Below, in pieces: positions 1 through 8,391 of a stretch of DNA of 64,000 nucleotides. The stretch spans positions 2,176,001 to 2,240,000 of the forward strand of contig OZ241867.1 of NCBI GenBank assembly GCA_965203175.1. The letters are read 5' to 3'. Each line of letters begins with the position of its first letter. Positions within the stretch are counted from its first letter, which is position 1. The DNA is from Candidatus Latescibacterota bacterium (GTDB lineage Bacteria; Latescibacterota; UBA2968; UBA8231). The notes under the pieces were generated by a model, which saw only the letters and a list, made by a program, of their open reading frames with translations, had not been told where the DNA came from and made no database searches. The translations under genes were made by a program, and so were the position numbers.

Positions 1-278
1 AATTCGTTGAGATAGGGCTGGATTTTGGCGTGGACGAGTAGGTCGCGAAAAGGCTCGCAGTGCGGGCGTTCCCATTCCAACATGCCCTCCATCCACTTTT
101 GCTTGTTCGCGCCGCCGAGAACCTTGGAGTTTCCTTCAAGGGTGCGCTCGGTCTGGAAAAAGCGGTCGGCGTGGGCGTCGATGGCGGCGTTGCAGCGGTC
201 CACTTCCTCTTGGCTCAACACCCCTTTGAGGTGGACGAAGCCTTTGAGGTCGAAGAAGAATTTATCGTCGTCGTTCAT
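1..278 (-). CDS. Phytanoyl-CoA dioxygenase (PhyH) family protein, 5' part (runs off window)
   Basis: Not in ORF track. Reverse strand from ATG at 278 reads MNDDDKFFFDLKGFVHLKGVLSQEEVDRCNAAIDAH...WERPHCEPFRDLLVH, a clear paralogue of 297..1073; open to the window edge. Confidence 0.85.
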   Translation of the reverse strand, partial: MNDDDKFFFDLKGFVHLKGVLSQEEVDRCNAAIDAHADRFFQTERTLEGNSKVLGGANKQKWMEGMLEWERPHCEPFRDLLVHAKIQPYLNE

Positions 279-296
279 AGGGCTTTGGGTTAGCTT

Positions 297-1073
297 TTAG
301 CGCGGCGGTCGGAGGAGGGCTTGTTGCTCCGGCGTCATGTCTTGGACGTAGGGCGGATACGATACTTCGGAGATAAGGGGGACGCGGGTTTGGTAGCGCG
401 GGCAGTAGGAATAGAGCAGGGTGCGGCGCTGATGGTCCGCCTGCCAGACTAAGGTGCCGTGAATGGTGGTTTCGGCGAAGATCACCGCGTCGCCGGTGCG
501 CACGTTGACTTCGACGACTTCGTCTTGGAAATCCTCGCAATCGCGCAGTGCTTCGGGAATCGGATAGTTGGCTTTATGGCCGCCGGGAACTACGGCCAAG
601 CCGCCGGCGCCAGGGCCTTCGTCGGCCAGTGGGAATTCCACTAGGGTCAGGCTGTTGTAGATCTTGCCGAATTTCCAGTGATAGGTCAGCGAATAGGACA
701 GCCGATCGAGTTGGCCGCCGTGGAGGTAGTGACCGGCGCAGCCTTTGTCCATCACAATTAGTCGCGGCCGGGTGGCCATGTGATAGTCGCCGATTATTTC
801 GCGCAAGTAGGGTTTGAGGCGAGGGTGTACCATCAATTGGCGGAAGGGTTCGCAGTAGGGGCGCTTCCAGGCGACCATCTCATCGCTCCAGCGCTGCCGG
901 ACGTCGCTGGCTAGGGCCTTGGACTCGCCTTCGAAGCGGCGCTCGTGGACCTCGATCTGGTTGTCGTAGTGATCGATGGCTTCGTTGCAGCGGCGGATGG
1001 TGTCTGGATCGACGACATCTCTGAGGACGAGGTAGCCGTTGAGGTCAAAGAAATACTTTTCGTCGTCTGTCAT
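297..1073 (-). CDS. PhyH-family Fe(II)/2-oxoglutarate oxygenase (HGG variant)
   Basis: N-terminal FFDLNGYLVLRDV, GGLAVVPGGHK, GDAVIF..TIHGT..RR motifs; first iron motif reads LHGG. Confidence 0.88.
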   Translation of the reverse strand: MTDDEKYFFDLNGYLVLRDVVDPDTIRRCNEAIDHYDNQIEVHERRFEGESKALASDVRQRWSDEMVAWKRPYCEPFRQLMVHPRLKPYLREIIGDYHMATRPRLIVMDKGCAGHYLHGGQLDRLSYSLTYHWKFGKIYNSLTLVEFPLADEGPGAGGLAVVPGGHKANYPIPEALRDCEDFQDEVVEVNVRTGDAVIFAETTIHGTLVWQADHQRRTLLYSYCPRYQTRVPLISEVSYPPYVQDMTPEQQALLRPPR

Positions 1074-1223
1074 GCTTTACCCTTGGAAGCTCTTGACACG
1101 CCAATTCTACAGCATCACAAAGAATAGAAGCAAAGTCGGTGCCCAACAAGGCATCCGGCGTTATCGTCCCTGCCATTTGCCGCCGAAGTGAATTGAGAAG
1201 AGGGACTAGGCGGGACTATACCC

Positions 1224-1261
1224 TTGACGGATGCACTAAGGTCATATATCGTGAGATATAT
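1224..1261 (+). promoter_or_regulatory. sigma70-type promoter with overlapping palindromic operator for vapBC
   Basis: TTGACG(1224)-N17-TATCGT(1247); inverted repeat ATATATC-GTGA-GATATAT (1244-1261) over the -10; AGGAGG RBS before ATG 1285. Confidence 0.7.
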
Positions 1262-1284
1262 CATTTTCCTAGGAGGAGAAAACG

Positions 1285-1527
1285 ATGAGTAAAACACCGG
1301 ATTACAAAGGTATTGCCAAGGTGTTCTGGAGCGGTCGCAGTCAGGCCATTCGCTTACCAGCGCCCTGTCGATTCGAAACCTCCGAAGTTGAGATAGTCAA
1401 GGAGGGCAACCAGCTCACCCTGCGTCCTCGTGGAAAAAACTGGCGAGCGTACTTCGACTCTGACTCGCGTGGCTCCTTACCAGCACGACACCAACCGCCG
1501 CTCGATGCGCGGGACGATATTCGCTGA
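1285..1527 (+). CDS. vapB: VapB/AbrB-MazE-SpoVT family antitoxin
   Basis: AKVFWSGRSQAIRLP..RF...EVEI.KEG..L.LRP AbrB signature; TGATG overlap with the PIN toxin. Confidence 0.92.
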   Translation: MSKTPDYKGIAKVFWSGRSQAIRLPAPCRFETSEVEIVKEGNQLTLRPRGKNWRAYFDSDSRGSLPARHQPPLDARDDIR

Positions 1528-1925
1528 TGTACATGCTGGATACCAATATCTGCATCTACGTCATCAACGAGCGGGATGATGCCCTGTGCGTGCGTTTTGA
1601 AGCGCACTCCGCCGAGATCTGCATCTCCTCGATCACGTACGCGGAGCTTTGTTACGGGGTCGCCAATTCGGCACGCATTGCGGAAAACTCGCGCGAGTTG
1701 GAGGCGTTTCGTCTCGATCTTGAGATTCTGCCCTTCGGCGTGGATGCGGCGGCGCATTACGGCGAGATTCGCCACGCGCTCAGGCAGAGCGGTCAACCCA
1801 TCGGCGCGAACGATCTCTTCATCGCGGCACATGCCCGCAGCCTAAATGCGACCCTCGTTACGAACGACCAAGGCGAATTCGGCCGCGTACCAAAACTACG
1901 GGTGGAGAACTGGTCTCGATCCTGA
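1527..1925 (+). CDS. vapC: VapC PIN-domain toxin
   Basis: YMLDTNICIY, SSITYAEL, IGANDLFIAAHA, LVTND..EF.RV..L.VENW. Confidence 0.95.
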   Translation: MYMLDTNICIYVINERDDALCVRFEAHSAEICISSITYAELCYGVANSARIAENSRELEAFRLDLEILPFGVDAAAHYGEIRHALRQSGQPIGANDLFIAAHARSLNATLVTNDQGEFGRVPKLRVENWSRS

Positions 1926-1961
1926 CCTCCCGGACCTTCGACGACCGACTGGACAATCAAC

Positions 1962-2197
1962 TCGCAGTAGGGGGGCTCCCAGGCGACCATCTCGTCACTC
2001 CAGCGCTGTCGGATGTCGTTGGTCAGGGCCTTGGACTCGCCTTCGAAGCGGCGCTCGTGGATCTCGATTTGGCGTCGTAGTGATCGATGGCCTCGTTGCA
2101 GCGGCGGATGGTGTCTGGATCGACGACATCCCTGAGGACGAGATAGCCGTTGAGGTCGAAGAAGTGCTTTTCGTCGTCTGTCATGCTCTACTCTTGG
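1962..2197 (-). pseudogene. Diverged, frameshifted copy of the 5' end of the PhyH gene at 297..1073
   Basis: Aligns with about 850..1087, including start codon and ~14 nt upstream; 1-nt deletion near 2070 (atttggcgtcg vs atctggttgtcg); truncated after PYCE. Confidence 0.88.
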
Positions 2198-2286
2198 TAA
2201 TGAGCTGCTCTGAAAATACAACCCTCGTGCCAGCGTGAGGTGCACGTCGTTGGAGAATTAACGATGAGTAGGGCAAGTGGGTGAGA

Positions 2287-2454
2287 TTAGCCACTCAACG
2301 CCCCCCATATTGCGATGCCGACCACCAGCCCCCAACATAAGAACATAATAGCGAGAAATATCCGCACATCTTTTTCGTCGCGGAGGTGGTCAGATCGCCA
2401 AGCAGTTTTCCAAGGACGCTTCTTGGGTTTGGGAAATCGAGGAGATTTGGACAT
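2287..2454 (-). CDS. Small (55 aa) single-pass membrane protein
   Basis: Below the ORF-track cutoff: MSKSPRFPKPKKRPWKTAWRSDHLRDEKDVRIFLAIMFLCWGLVVGIAIWGALSG*; basic N-terminus then a hydrophobic helix; co-oriented downstream of the DUF2089 operon; weak RBS. Confidence 0.5.
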   Translation of the reverse strand: MSKSPRFPKPKKRPWKTAWRSDHLRDEKDVRIFLAIMFLCWGLVVGIAIWGALSG

Positions 2455-2516
2455 GGTAATTCTTTCGTCGGTTGAAAGTAGCCCACTACCTTACTCTTAG
2501 ATTTTTTCTAGTAAAT

Positions 2517-3008
2517 TCACTCTGGTGCTGGTTGCAAGCTGTCCAGTGCCTCTTGGAGAGCGGTGGTCAGGACCTCGGGCTCATCCGTGCCGATGCGGCA
2601 GGTCTTGCCGCTCTTCATTTTCAGCTCCACCGCCTCCACTCCCGAGACATTGTAGAGCCAGCCGTGGGGAGTCAGGCGGATGCCCAAGCCGTAGATCCAG
2701 GGGTTGCTCACCGGTCGGCAGGTGTCGATTTGATCGAGGGGGAAGCGCTTGCGGATCAGGCCGATGCCAAAGCGGATGCGGAGGTACTCGGCATCGATCT
2801 CGACCGTCAGGCTGGCGAACAGGGCCAAGACTATGGCGAGGAATACCACTATGCTGCCTAGCAGCGCGATGGTGGCTGTTTCGACCATCCACGCGGACGC
2901 GGGCAGGACGGCCAGCGGTATGGCGGCTGAGGCGATGAGGATGACGATGCCTGTACCGATGGTGACGACGATGACCTTGCCGAACTGGGTGTGGCGATAG
3001 GTGTTCAC
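2517..3008 (-). CDS. Two-TM membrane protein with C-terminal bacterial PH-like domain
   Basis: GTG at 3008 overlaps the upstream TGA (GTGA); YRHTQFG, two TM helices, LTVEID..LRIRFGIG, GLGIRLTPHGWLYNVSG..AVEL, RIGTDEPE. Confidence 0.75.
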   Translation of the reverse strand: MNTYRHTQFGKVIVVTIGTGIVILIASAAIPLAVLPASAWMVETATIALLGSIVVFLAIVLALFASLTVEIDAEYLRIRFGIGLIRKRFPLDQIDTCRPVSNPWIYGLGIRLTPHGWLYNVSGVEAVELKMKSGKTCRIGTDEPEVLTTALQEALDSLQPAPE

Positions 3009-4066
3009 TGCATCTGATCCTGCCAGGGCTTGATCCACAGGCCCGTCAGCTTGCCGTCTTGGTCGAGGACAACGCGCACTTCGGGTGATGCGGTACTGTA
3101 CCGGCCTTTGAAGCGGTGGATCAGCAGGTGCGGCTGGCTTTCTATGGAGTGGGTCTCGACGAAGTCTAGGCCCTCAAAGGTGCCGAAGAGTTGCCGGAGT
3201 TGTTGGTAGCTGTGGCGCTGGACCTCCGCGGTAAAAGCTCTGCGAAATTTATCGGTGGCCTCCTCTGGTCCCAAGGCTTCAAAGCTACCCTGCTCGTGGG
3301 CTTGGAGGATCTGGGTGGCCAGTTGTGCAGCCAGATGGTGTTGTTCGGACTCTGTGCGAAGATGTTTCATTTCTGACTCCTCTGGAGTGGCCAGTTGTGC
3401 GGCCAGATGGCGTTGTTCGGACTGGACGGGTGCGCTGGCAACGGTCTGGGAGGTTGCGGTTCCCGGCAGCAGGCGTCCCGCTGCTCCGGTGGCGATCTCG
3501 CCTATGGCGATGGCGGCGATGAATACGGCAATGGCCCGACCACCGGCGACATTGCACGAAACGGCAAAGGCGCGGTACATCAGTAGTACTATCCAGACTA
3601 GCAGCAGTATCAGCACTAGGCCTACCGAACTTAGGAGGGCAAGCTGCGCGATGGAGAGATTCGAACTGCCTTGGGCAATCAAAGCCGTGATAAGGTCGCG
3701 AAAGGGTGGCAACATCACGATCAGGGCTATGAGCAGCCCAGGAGCCCGGGCTAGGGCTTGGGTGCCGAAGACATCGATGGGGCGCACGTGGCTGCGGCTA
3801 ATCAGGCGGCCGCCGATGTAGAGCAGGGCACTGAGGATGGCCCAGGCCATGAGGCCCTGCGCTATGGCGTGCCAGAGCGGGGCTGGGTCCGTGCGCTGGA
3901 AGGAAATCACGCCTGTGAAGCGATAATCGAAGATGCCGCCAAGCCAGGCAGTCAAAACAGTACATGCTAGGCCCCAGGCTAGGGCTTGGCCGCCGGCCAG
4001 GAAGTGAAAGGGATTGAACAGCCACAGGTGCCAAGCTGAGGTCGTGCGGGTTTGGAGAGCGTCCAT
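3005..4066 (-). CDS. Polytopic membrane protein (YIP1-like N-terminus) with DUF3887-like C-terminal domain
   Basis: LFNPF start, 5-6 hydrophobic helices, C-terminal FG.FE...RFKGRY...EVRVVLD.DGKLTGLWIKPW. Confidence 0.65.
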   Translation of the reverse strand: MDALQTRTTSAWHLWLFNPFHFLAGGQALAWGLACTVLTAWLGGIFDYRFTGVISFQRTDPAPLWHAIAQGLMAWAILSALLYIGGRLISRSHVRPIDVFGTQALARAPGLLIALIVMLPPFRDLITALIAQGSSNLSIAQLALLSSVGLVLILLLVWIVLLMYRAFAVSCNVAGGRAIAVFIAAIAIGEIATGAAGRLLPGTATSQTVASAPVQSEQRHLAAQLATPEESEMKHLRTESEQHHLAAQLATQILQAHEQGSFEALGPEEATDKFRRAFTAEVQRHSYQQLRQLFGTFEGLDFVETHSIESQPHLLIHRFKGRYSTASPEVRVVLDQDGKLTGLWIKPWQDQMQ

Positions 4067-4093
4067 GGCGAGCTTCTTTCTATGAAATGCGCG

Positions 4094-4429
4094 TCACTCT
4101 TGCTCGACTTTGCCGAGATCGTCCTTTGGACTTCCCGCCTCCTCCAACGGTCCCAGTTGCTCGACGAGGGCGTCGAGGCGGTTGCGCAGAGTGGGGTAGG
4201 AGACACCGTAGAGTTTGGCCATGTGCTTGAGATTGCCGCCGGTCTGGAGGAAGCAGAGCACAAAGGTCTGGTCCTCTGGGGCAAGGCGGGCCAACGGCGG
4301 CAGGTCAAAACCGCCTAGCACGGCCGTATCGCACTCGGTACAGTCTAGGCGGGCGACCTGCAGGGCCGCGGAACAAGCCGGGCAATGGGTGGGCAAGCGT
4401 GGATTTTGCATTGGATCAGTATGATTCAT
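4094..4429 (-). CDS. DUF2089 family zinc-ribbon/HTH protein
   Basis: CPAC..CTEC zinc ribbon, GGFDLPPLARL..EDQ.FV..F...GGNLK.MAK.YGVSYPTLRNRLD. Confidence 0.9.
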   Translation of the reverse strand: MNHTDPMQNPRLPTHCPACSAALQVARLDCTECDTAVLGGFDLPPLARLAPEDQTFVLCFLQTGGNLKHMAKLYGVSYPTLRNRLDALVEQLGPLEEAGSPKDDLGKVEQE

Positions 4430-4510
4430 TTTTATTCAATTAATTTTTGAATAAGTTAAAATATAATTATATATTACGCAATATAAATTTTGAAATATAC
4501 ATTCAAATGA
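4430..4510 (-). promoter_or_regulatory. AT-rich promoter/operator of DUF2089 operon 1
   Basis: Nearly pure A/T tract in a GC-rich window; TATAAT on minus strand (~4466-4471); inverted repeat TTATTCAA-N7-TTGAATAA (4432-4454). Confidence 0.6.
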
Positions 4511-4691
4511 ATGGCGAGCTATACGCCGCGCTCCGGAAGCAGCAGCGATTCGACAAGGGATCTGTCGCTTACCGGGAAATCCTTGCCACGAGGGTAGGTT
4601 CATGGCATCTTACCCGAACTAGTGAAGTGGCGTCATCTGTAACTGCTACCGCTCCACGCTAATAAATCCCTTGAATCAAGGCTTTGTGACC

Positions 4692-7364
4692 ATGAGGAAG
4701 CTGGCGCTCGTTTTCGTTGCGGTGTTCATGTACGCGCCTTCTCTCCAGGCCCAAGATCAACGGCTCGAACTTCCAACCTATCACCTGACCGTCGATCCCG
4801 CCGACCTGAGTGCCCTCTACCAGTCCCCCTTCAGCGATGTCCGCTATCCCGCCCAATTTTCCTTCGCGGGAGAGGTCCTCGAGTGCGAGGTGCGATTCCG
4901 GGGCGGGAGGGGGTCTCGCAGGGACCCGAAGAAAAGCTGGAAGGTCTGGTTTGAGGATTCATCCAATCCGGTTGGAGTCAGGGAGCTCAACCTCAAGGCG
5001 GAATACTCGGATCTCTCGTTGATGCGCAACGCGCTGGCCATGAGGTTGTATCAGTTCATCGGCCATTCAGCGCCGAATACCGAGCACATCAGCCTGATGG
5101 TCAACGATGACTTCATGGGCGTCTTCGTCCAGATAGAGGAGCCTGAACAGGATCTTCTGCGGCGGTACGACTACGAGCTCGGAAGTCTCTACAAAGCCGA
5201 GGATCACGGTGGGAGTACAGCGCCATTGCTGGATTACGACACCTACCTTTCTTCGTGGAACAAGAAGGTGGGAGGTGAATCCGACTATATCAATGGGCAG
5301 CGGCTATTCAATCAGCTTCTCTATCTGACGTATGAGGATTTTGCAGAGCGGGTTCCCCTCCTGATGGATGTGGAGAATGTGCTGCAATACTTTGCGGTCG
5401 CCTATGCGATCTCCAGTACAGACGCCGTGACGAAGAATATGCTACTCTATTTCGACCCGAGGGGGCGCTTGCAGCAAATCTTCCCCTGGGATCACGACGC
5501 TTCCTTCGGCAATCACTGGACCGGAGAATACCAGCCCTACTTTGAAACGGTCTCCGAATACCCCAATCTGAACCACCATCTTCTATTTCAGAGGTTGATG
5601 GAATACGACGCCTGGCGCGAGTCGTTCTGGAGCAAGGTTAGCTTCGTCATCGAGCACGGATTCGCCGGGGTGGAGGCCGAGATCGATTCAACGTACGAGT
5701 TGATCAAGTCGGACGTTTATCTGGACGGAGCCAAGCTTGGCACTAACGCCGAATTTGACGATGAAATCTCGCGTCTGAAAGGCTTTCTGGCGGCGAGGAG
5801 ATCGTTCCTGATGGATTTCCCCTTTGTCGAAAAGAAAAAGAATCTTCTAGCGGACTTGTACTGCTCCGATCCGTTTCCCTCACCCAATGCCGATGATCGC
5901 GGCGTGGTGTTTCGAGCCACTTCGCGCAGCCCCCAAGCCGTCGTGGTCGAATACATCACGGATTTGTCGTCCTACAAGACACGGGGAGAAGAGATCACGG
6001 TCAAGCAACTCGCGCTGTTCGACGATGGTCAACACGATGATCTACAGGCGGGGGACCTCGTCTACGGCAATCGTCTCGTGCTGCCCAAAAACTACACGGG
6101 CCTCGTGCCCTATTCTTTCAGGGCCGGAGGCTACAGCTATCCCTCCAACGGGCTATACTACATCAATTACAGGGCCACGAAGACGTTCGCTTTGAATGTG
6201 AATCACGCCGGTATCGAGGGGTATCGACACTTGCAGATAGGAGACGTTCATCGGATACGCGATGAATATTTCATCGAGATCATCAATGCCGGTGAGTTGA
6301 ATCTGAACCTTTCCTACTGCAGCTTTGAAGCCGGGGAGTATTTCAACCGCTTCATGTTCCCGCCCGGGACGAACATCGAGGCGGGCACCAGCCTGATCCT
6401 TTCCTCGAACAGAGATGCCGCCGGGGATCTGTTTCCGGACTCGCCCGTCTTCGGCAACCTTTTTTTCGCTGTCTCGCCGGGCGACACGATGAAGCTTTTG
6501 ACGCCCACACTGACGGTGATCACGGCTCGCGTCAACGAGACCTACAGCACTGTCGAGCTTCCGATACCATCCATTGTGATCAACGAAATCAACTATCATT
6601 CAGCGGATGATCTGGATACGGGAGATTGGGTCGAGTTGTACAATCCCAACGATGCTTCCGTCGATCTTTCCGGTTGGAACTTTCAAGACGGCGATGACGA
6701 CCATTCCTTTGTGCTGCCCAGTGGGACGCTCATCGAGCCGCGCGGATTTCTGGTGTTGTGCCGAGATGGTGCGGCTCTCGAATCCCTCCTTGGGATCTCT
6801 TGTGTCGGAGACTTCGATTTCGGATTGAAGAACAGTGGAGAGCTGGTTCGCCTCTCCGACAGCGATGGATTACTGGTCGATTCTGTCACCTACCTAGACG
6901 ACAGTCCGTGGCCGGTGGAGGCGGACGGCGACGGTCCTACGCTGGAACTGCTTCACTATAGCCTGGACAATGCGGACCCCATGCACTGGCAGGCTTCCAT
7001 CCCGGTGGGGGGCACTCCGGGTCGGGCCAACAGCGTGTTGGCGTCACCTACATCTGTCGCGAGCGAGACGGACGAGGGCACACCGCGGTCGTTCAACCTC
7101 TTGCAGAACTATCCCAATCCCTTCAATAGCGAAACCCACATCGCCTTTCACCTACCGCGAACGGAGCATCTTTCTCTGGAAATCTTCAGCGTGACCGGCC
7201 AATTGGTGGCCACCCTGATGGAGGGCGTTTATCGAGCGGGCAGACACCGGATAGCCTGGGACGGCCGGAACGATCGAGGAGAGTCCGCTGGTTCCGGGAT
7301 ATTCTTCTATCGGTTGACGACGGAAACCTTGCAGTCAACGCGAACCATGGTCCTCGTCAAGTGA
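4692..7364 (+). CDS. Secreted CotH-kinase-family protein with lamin-tail domains and C-terminal FlgD/T9SS-like Ig domain
   Basis: Signal peptide MRKLALVFVAVFMYAPSLQA; RFRGG.GSR..PKKSWKV, LNLKAEY.D.SLMRN, PWDHDASFG (CotH); IVINEINY..DWVELYNP (LTD); LLQNYPNPFNSET...WDGRNDRGE..GSGIFFYRL tail. ORF track starts at TTG 4671. Confidence 0.85.
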   Translation: MRKLALVFVAVFMYAPSLQAQDQRLELPTYHLTVDPADLSALYQSPFSDVRYPAQFSFAGEVLECEVRFRGGRGSRRDPKKSWKVWFEDSSNPVGVRELNLKAEYSDLSLMRNALAMRLYQFIGHSAPNTEHISLMVNDDFMGVFVQIEEPEQDLLRRYDYELGSLYKAEDHGGSTAPLLDYDTYLSSWNKKVGGESDYINGQRLFNQLLYLTYEDFAERVPLLMDVENVLQYFAVAYAISSTDAVTKNMLLYFDPRGRLQQIFPWDHDASFGNHWTGEYQPYFETVSEYPNLNHHLLFQRLMEYDAWRESFWSKVSFVIEHGFAGVEAEIDSTYELIKSDVYLDGAKLGTNAEFDDEISRLKGFLAARRSFLMDFPFVEKKKNLLADLYCSDPFPSPNADDRGVVFRATSRSPQAVVVEYITDLSSYKTRGEEITVKQLALFDDGQHDDLQAGDLVYGNRLVLPKNYTGLVPYSFRAGGYSYPSNGLYYINYRATKTFALNVNHAGIEGYRHLQIGDVHRIRDEYFIEIINAGELNLNLSYCSFEAGEYFNRFMFPPGTNIEAGTSLILSSNRDAAGDLFPDSPVFGNLFFAVSPGDTMKLLTPTLTVITARVNETYSTVELPIPSIVINEINYHSADDLDTGDWVELYNPNDASVDLSGWNFQDGDDDHSFVLPSGTLIEPRGFLVLCRDGAALESLLGISCVGDFDFGLKNSGELVRLSDSDGLLVDSVTYLDDSPWPVEADGDGPTLELLHYSLDNADPMHWQASIPVGGTPGRANSVLASPTSVASETDEGTPRSFNLLQNYPNPFNSETHIAFHLPRTEHLSLEIFSVTGQLVATLMEGVYRAGRHRIAWDGRNDRGESAGSGIFFYRLTTETLQSTRTMVLVK

Positions 7365-7547
7365 TGGGGGCGTTAGGATACGACTCACACCGCACGAAGT
7401 TTAGGCCTCCCGTCCGCTGGCTGACAGGCTGCTGACGACCAGTAGCGCGGCTTTCTCCTTATACAGTGAATAAGTGAATGTAGCGCATCAGAGCTAAGTC
7501 CTGATGCTGGCTAGCTCACTAGGGCAACAGTCTGGAGAGGAATAATT

Positions 7548-8366
7548 ATGAACGAACTCGCATTGGCGGATGATTTCCAGTTCGACGCGCAGGGTTTTCT
7601 CATGCTGCGCAACGTCTTTGACGCCGAGCGCTGCCGGCGCTACCTCGAAGAGCTGGAGCGGCTGTTCGAGCGTAAATACGATGACCCTTGGCTGCACGAC
7701 GGGGTGCGCGGGCAGACGACGGTGCAGATCTCGGAAGGCCAGCGGCGGATCAACGGCCTGCCGCTGTGGACGGAAGTGTTTGACGAGGTCATCAGCTTTG
7801 CGCCGGCGGTGGAGCGCCTGCAGCGTTGGATGCAGCATCCCCAGCTCGTCAACACGTGGGCCATTGAGAAGACGGAGGGGACGCCTTGGGGCGGGTGGCA
7901 CCGGGGGTTAAATCCAGATGATTACACCGTGCGCCGGGGGCAGATCCGCACGCGCATGTTGAATTGCGTGTACTTTCTGACGGACAACGATGAAGAAGAC
8001 GGCTGCCTAACGGTGGTGCCCGGGGCGCACAAGTCGGAGATCGATCTGCCCATGGCCGAGTACCGGGGCCGCGATTTGCCCGGGGCCGTGCGGATCACTG
8101 GGAGGGCGGGGGATATGGTCATGTTCTCGGAGACGCTGCTCCACACCGGCGCGACAAAGAGTTCATCCCGCCAGCGCACGAATCTCTATTTCAATTACAT
8201 CGACGCCACCTACAACCCGGCGATGCGGGAACTGCTGGCGGGGAATCAAGGCAATGTGAATCACTACGTGTTCCCACCGGCAGTGCGCTCTCGCTTCGAC
8301 GAGACTCAGCGCGAGCTTACGGCGTGGATGGAGTGGCAGCGCACGGCACCGGCGTCGAGCAAGTGA
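7548..8366 (+). CDS. PhyH-family Fe(II)/2-oxoglutarate oxygenase (HRG variant)
   Basis: FDAQGFLMLRNV, VYFLTD..DGCLTVVPGAHK, AGDMVMFSETLLHTG..R; GAGGA RBS; first motif WHRG. Confidence 0.88.
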   Translation: MNELALADDFQFDAQGFLMLRNVFDAERCRRYLEELERLFERKYDDPWLHDGVRGQTTVQISEGQRRINGLPLWTEVFDEVISFAPAVERLQRWMQHPQLVNTWAIEKTEGTPWGGWHRGLNPDDYTVRRGQIRTRMLNCVYFLTDNDEEDGCLTVVPGAHKSEIDLPMAEYRGRDLPGAVRITGRAGDMVMFSETLLHTGATKSSSRQRTNLYFNYIDATYNPAMRELLAGNQGNVNHYVFPPAVRSRFDETQRELTAWMEWQRTAPASSK

Positions 8367-8391
8367 TTAACAGACGATAAAGGGGAATCAC

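Noticed and set aside
4447-4662. 71-aa ORF across the AT-rich tract
   Set aside because: Runs through the promoter region with no RBS; the GELYAALRKQQRF segment only faintly resembles an ABC-transporter C-terminus.
7365-7547. Possible riboswitch/ncRNA upstream of PhyH (hairpin GCATCAG-N9-CTGATGC)
   Set aside because: No match to a riboswitch consensus I can recognise; one hairpin is insufficient.
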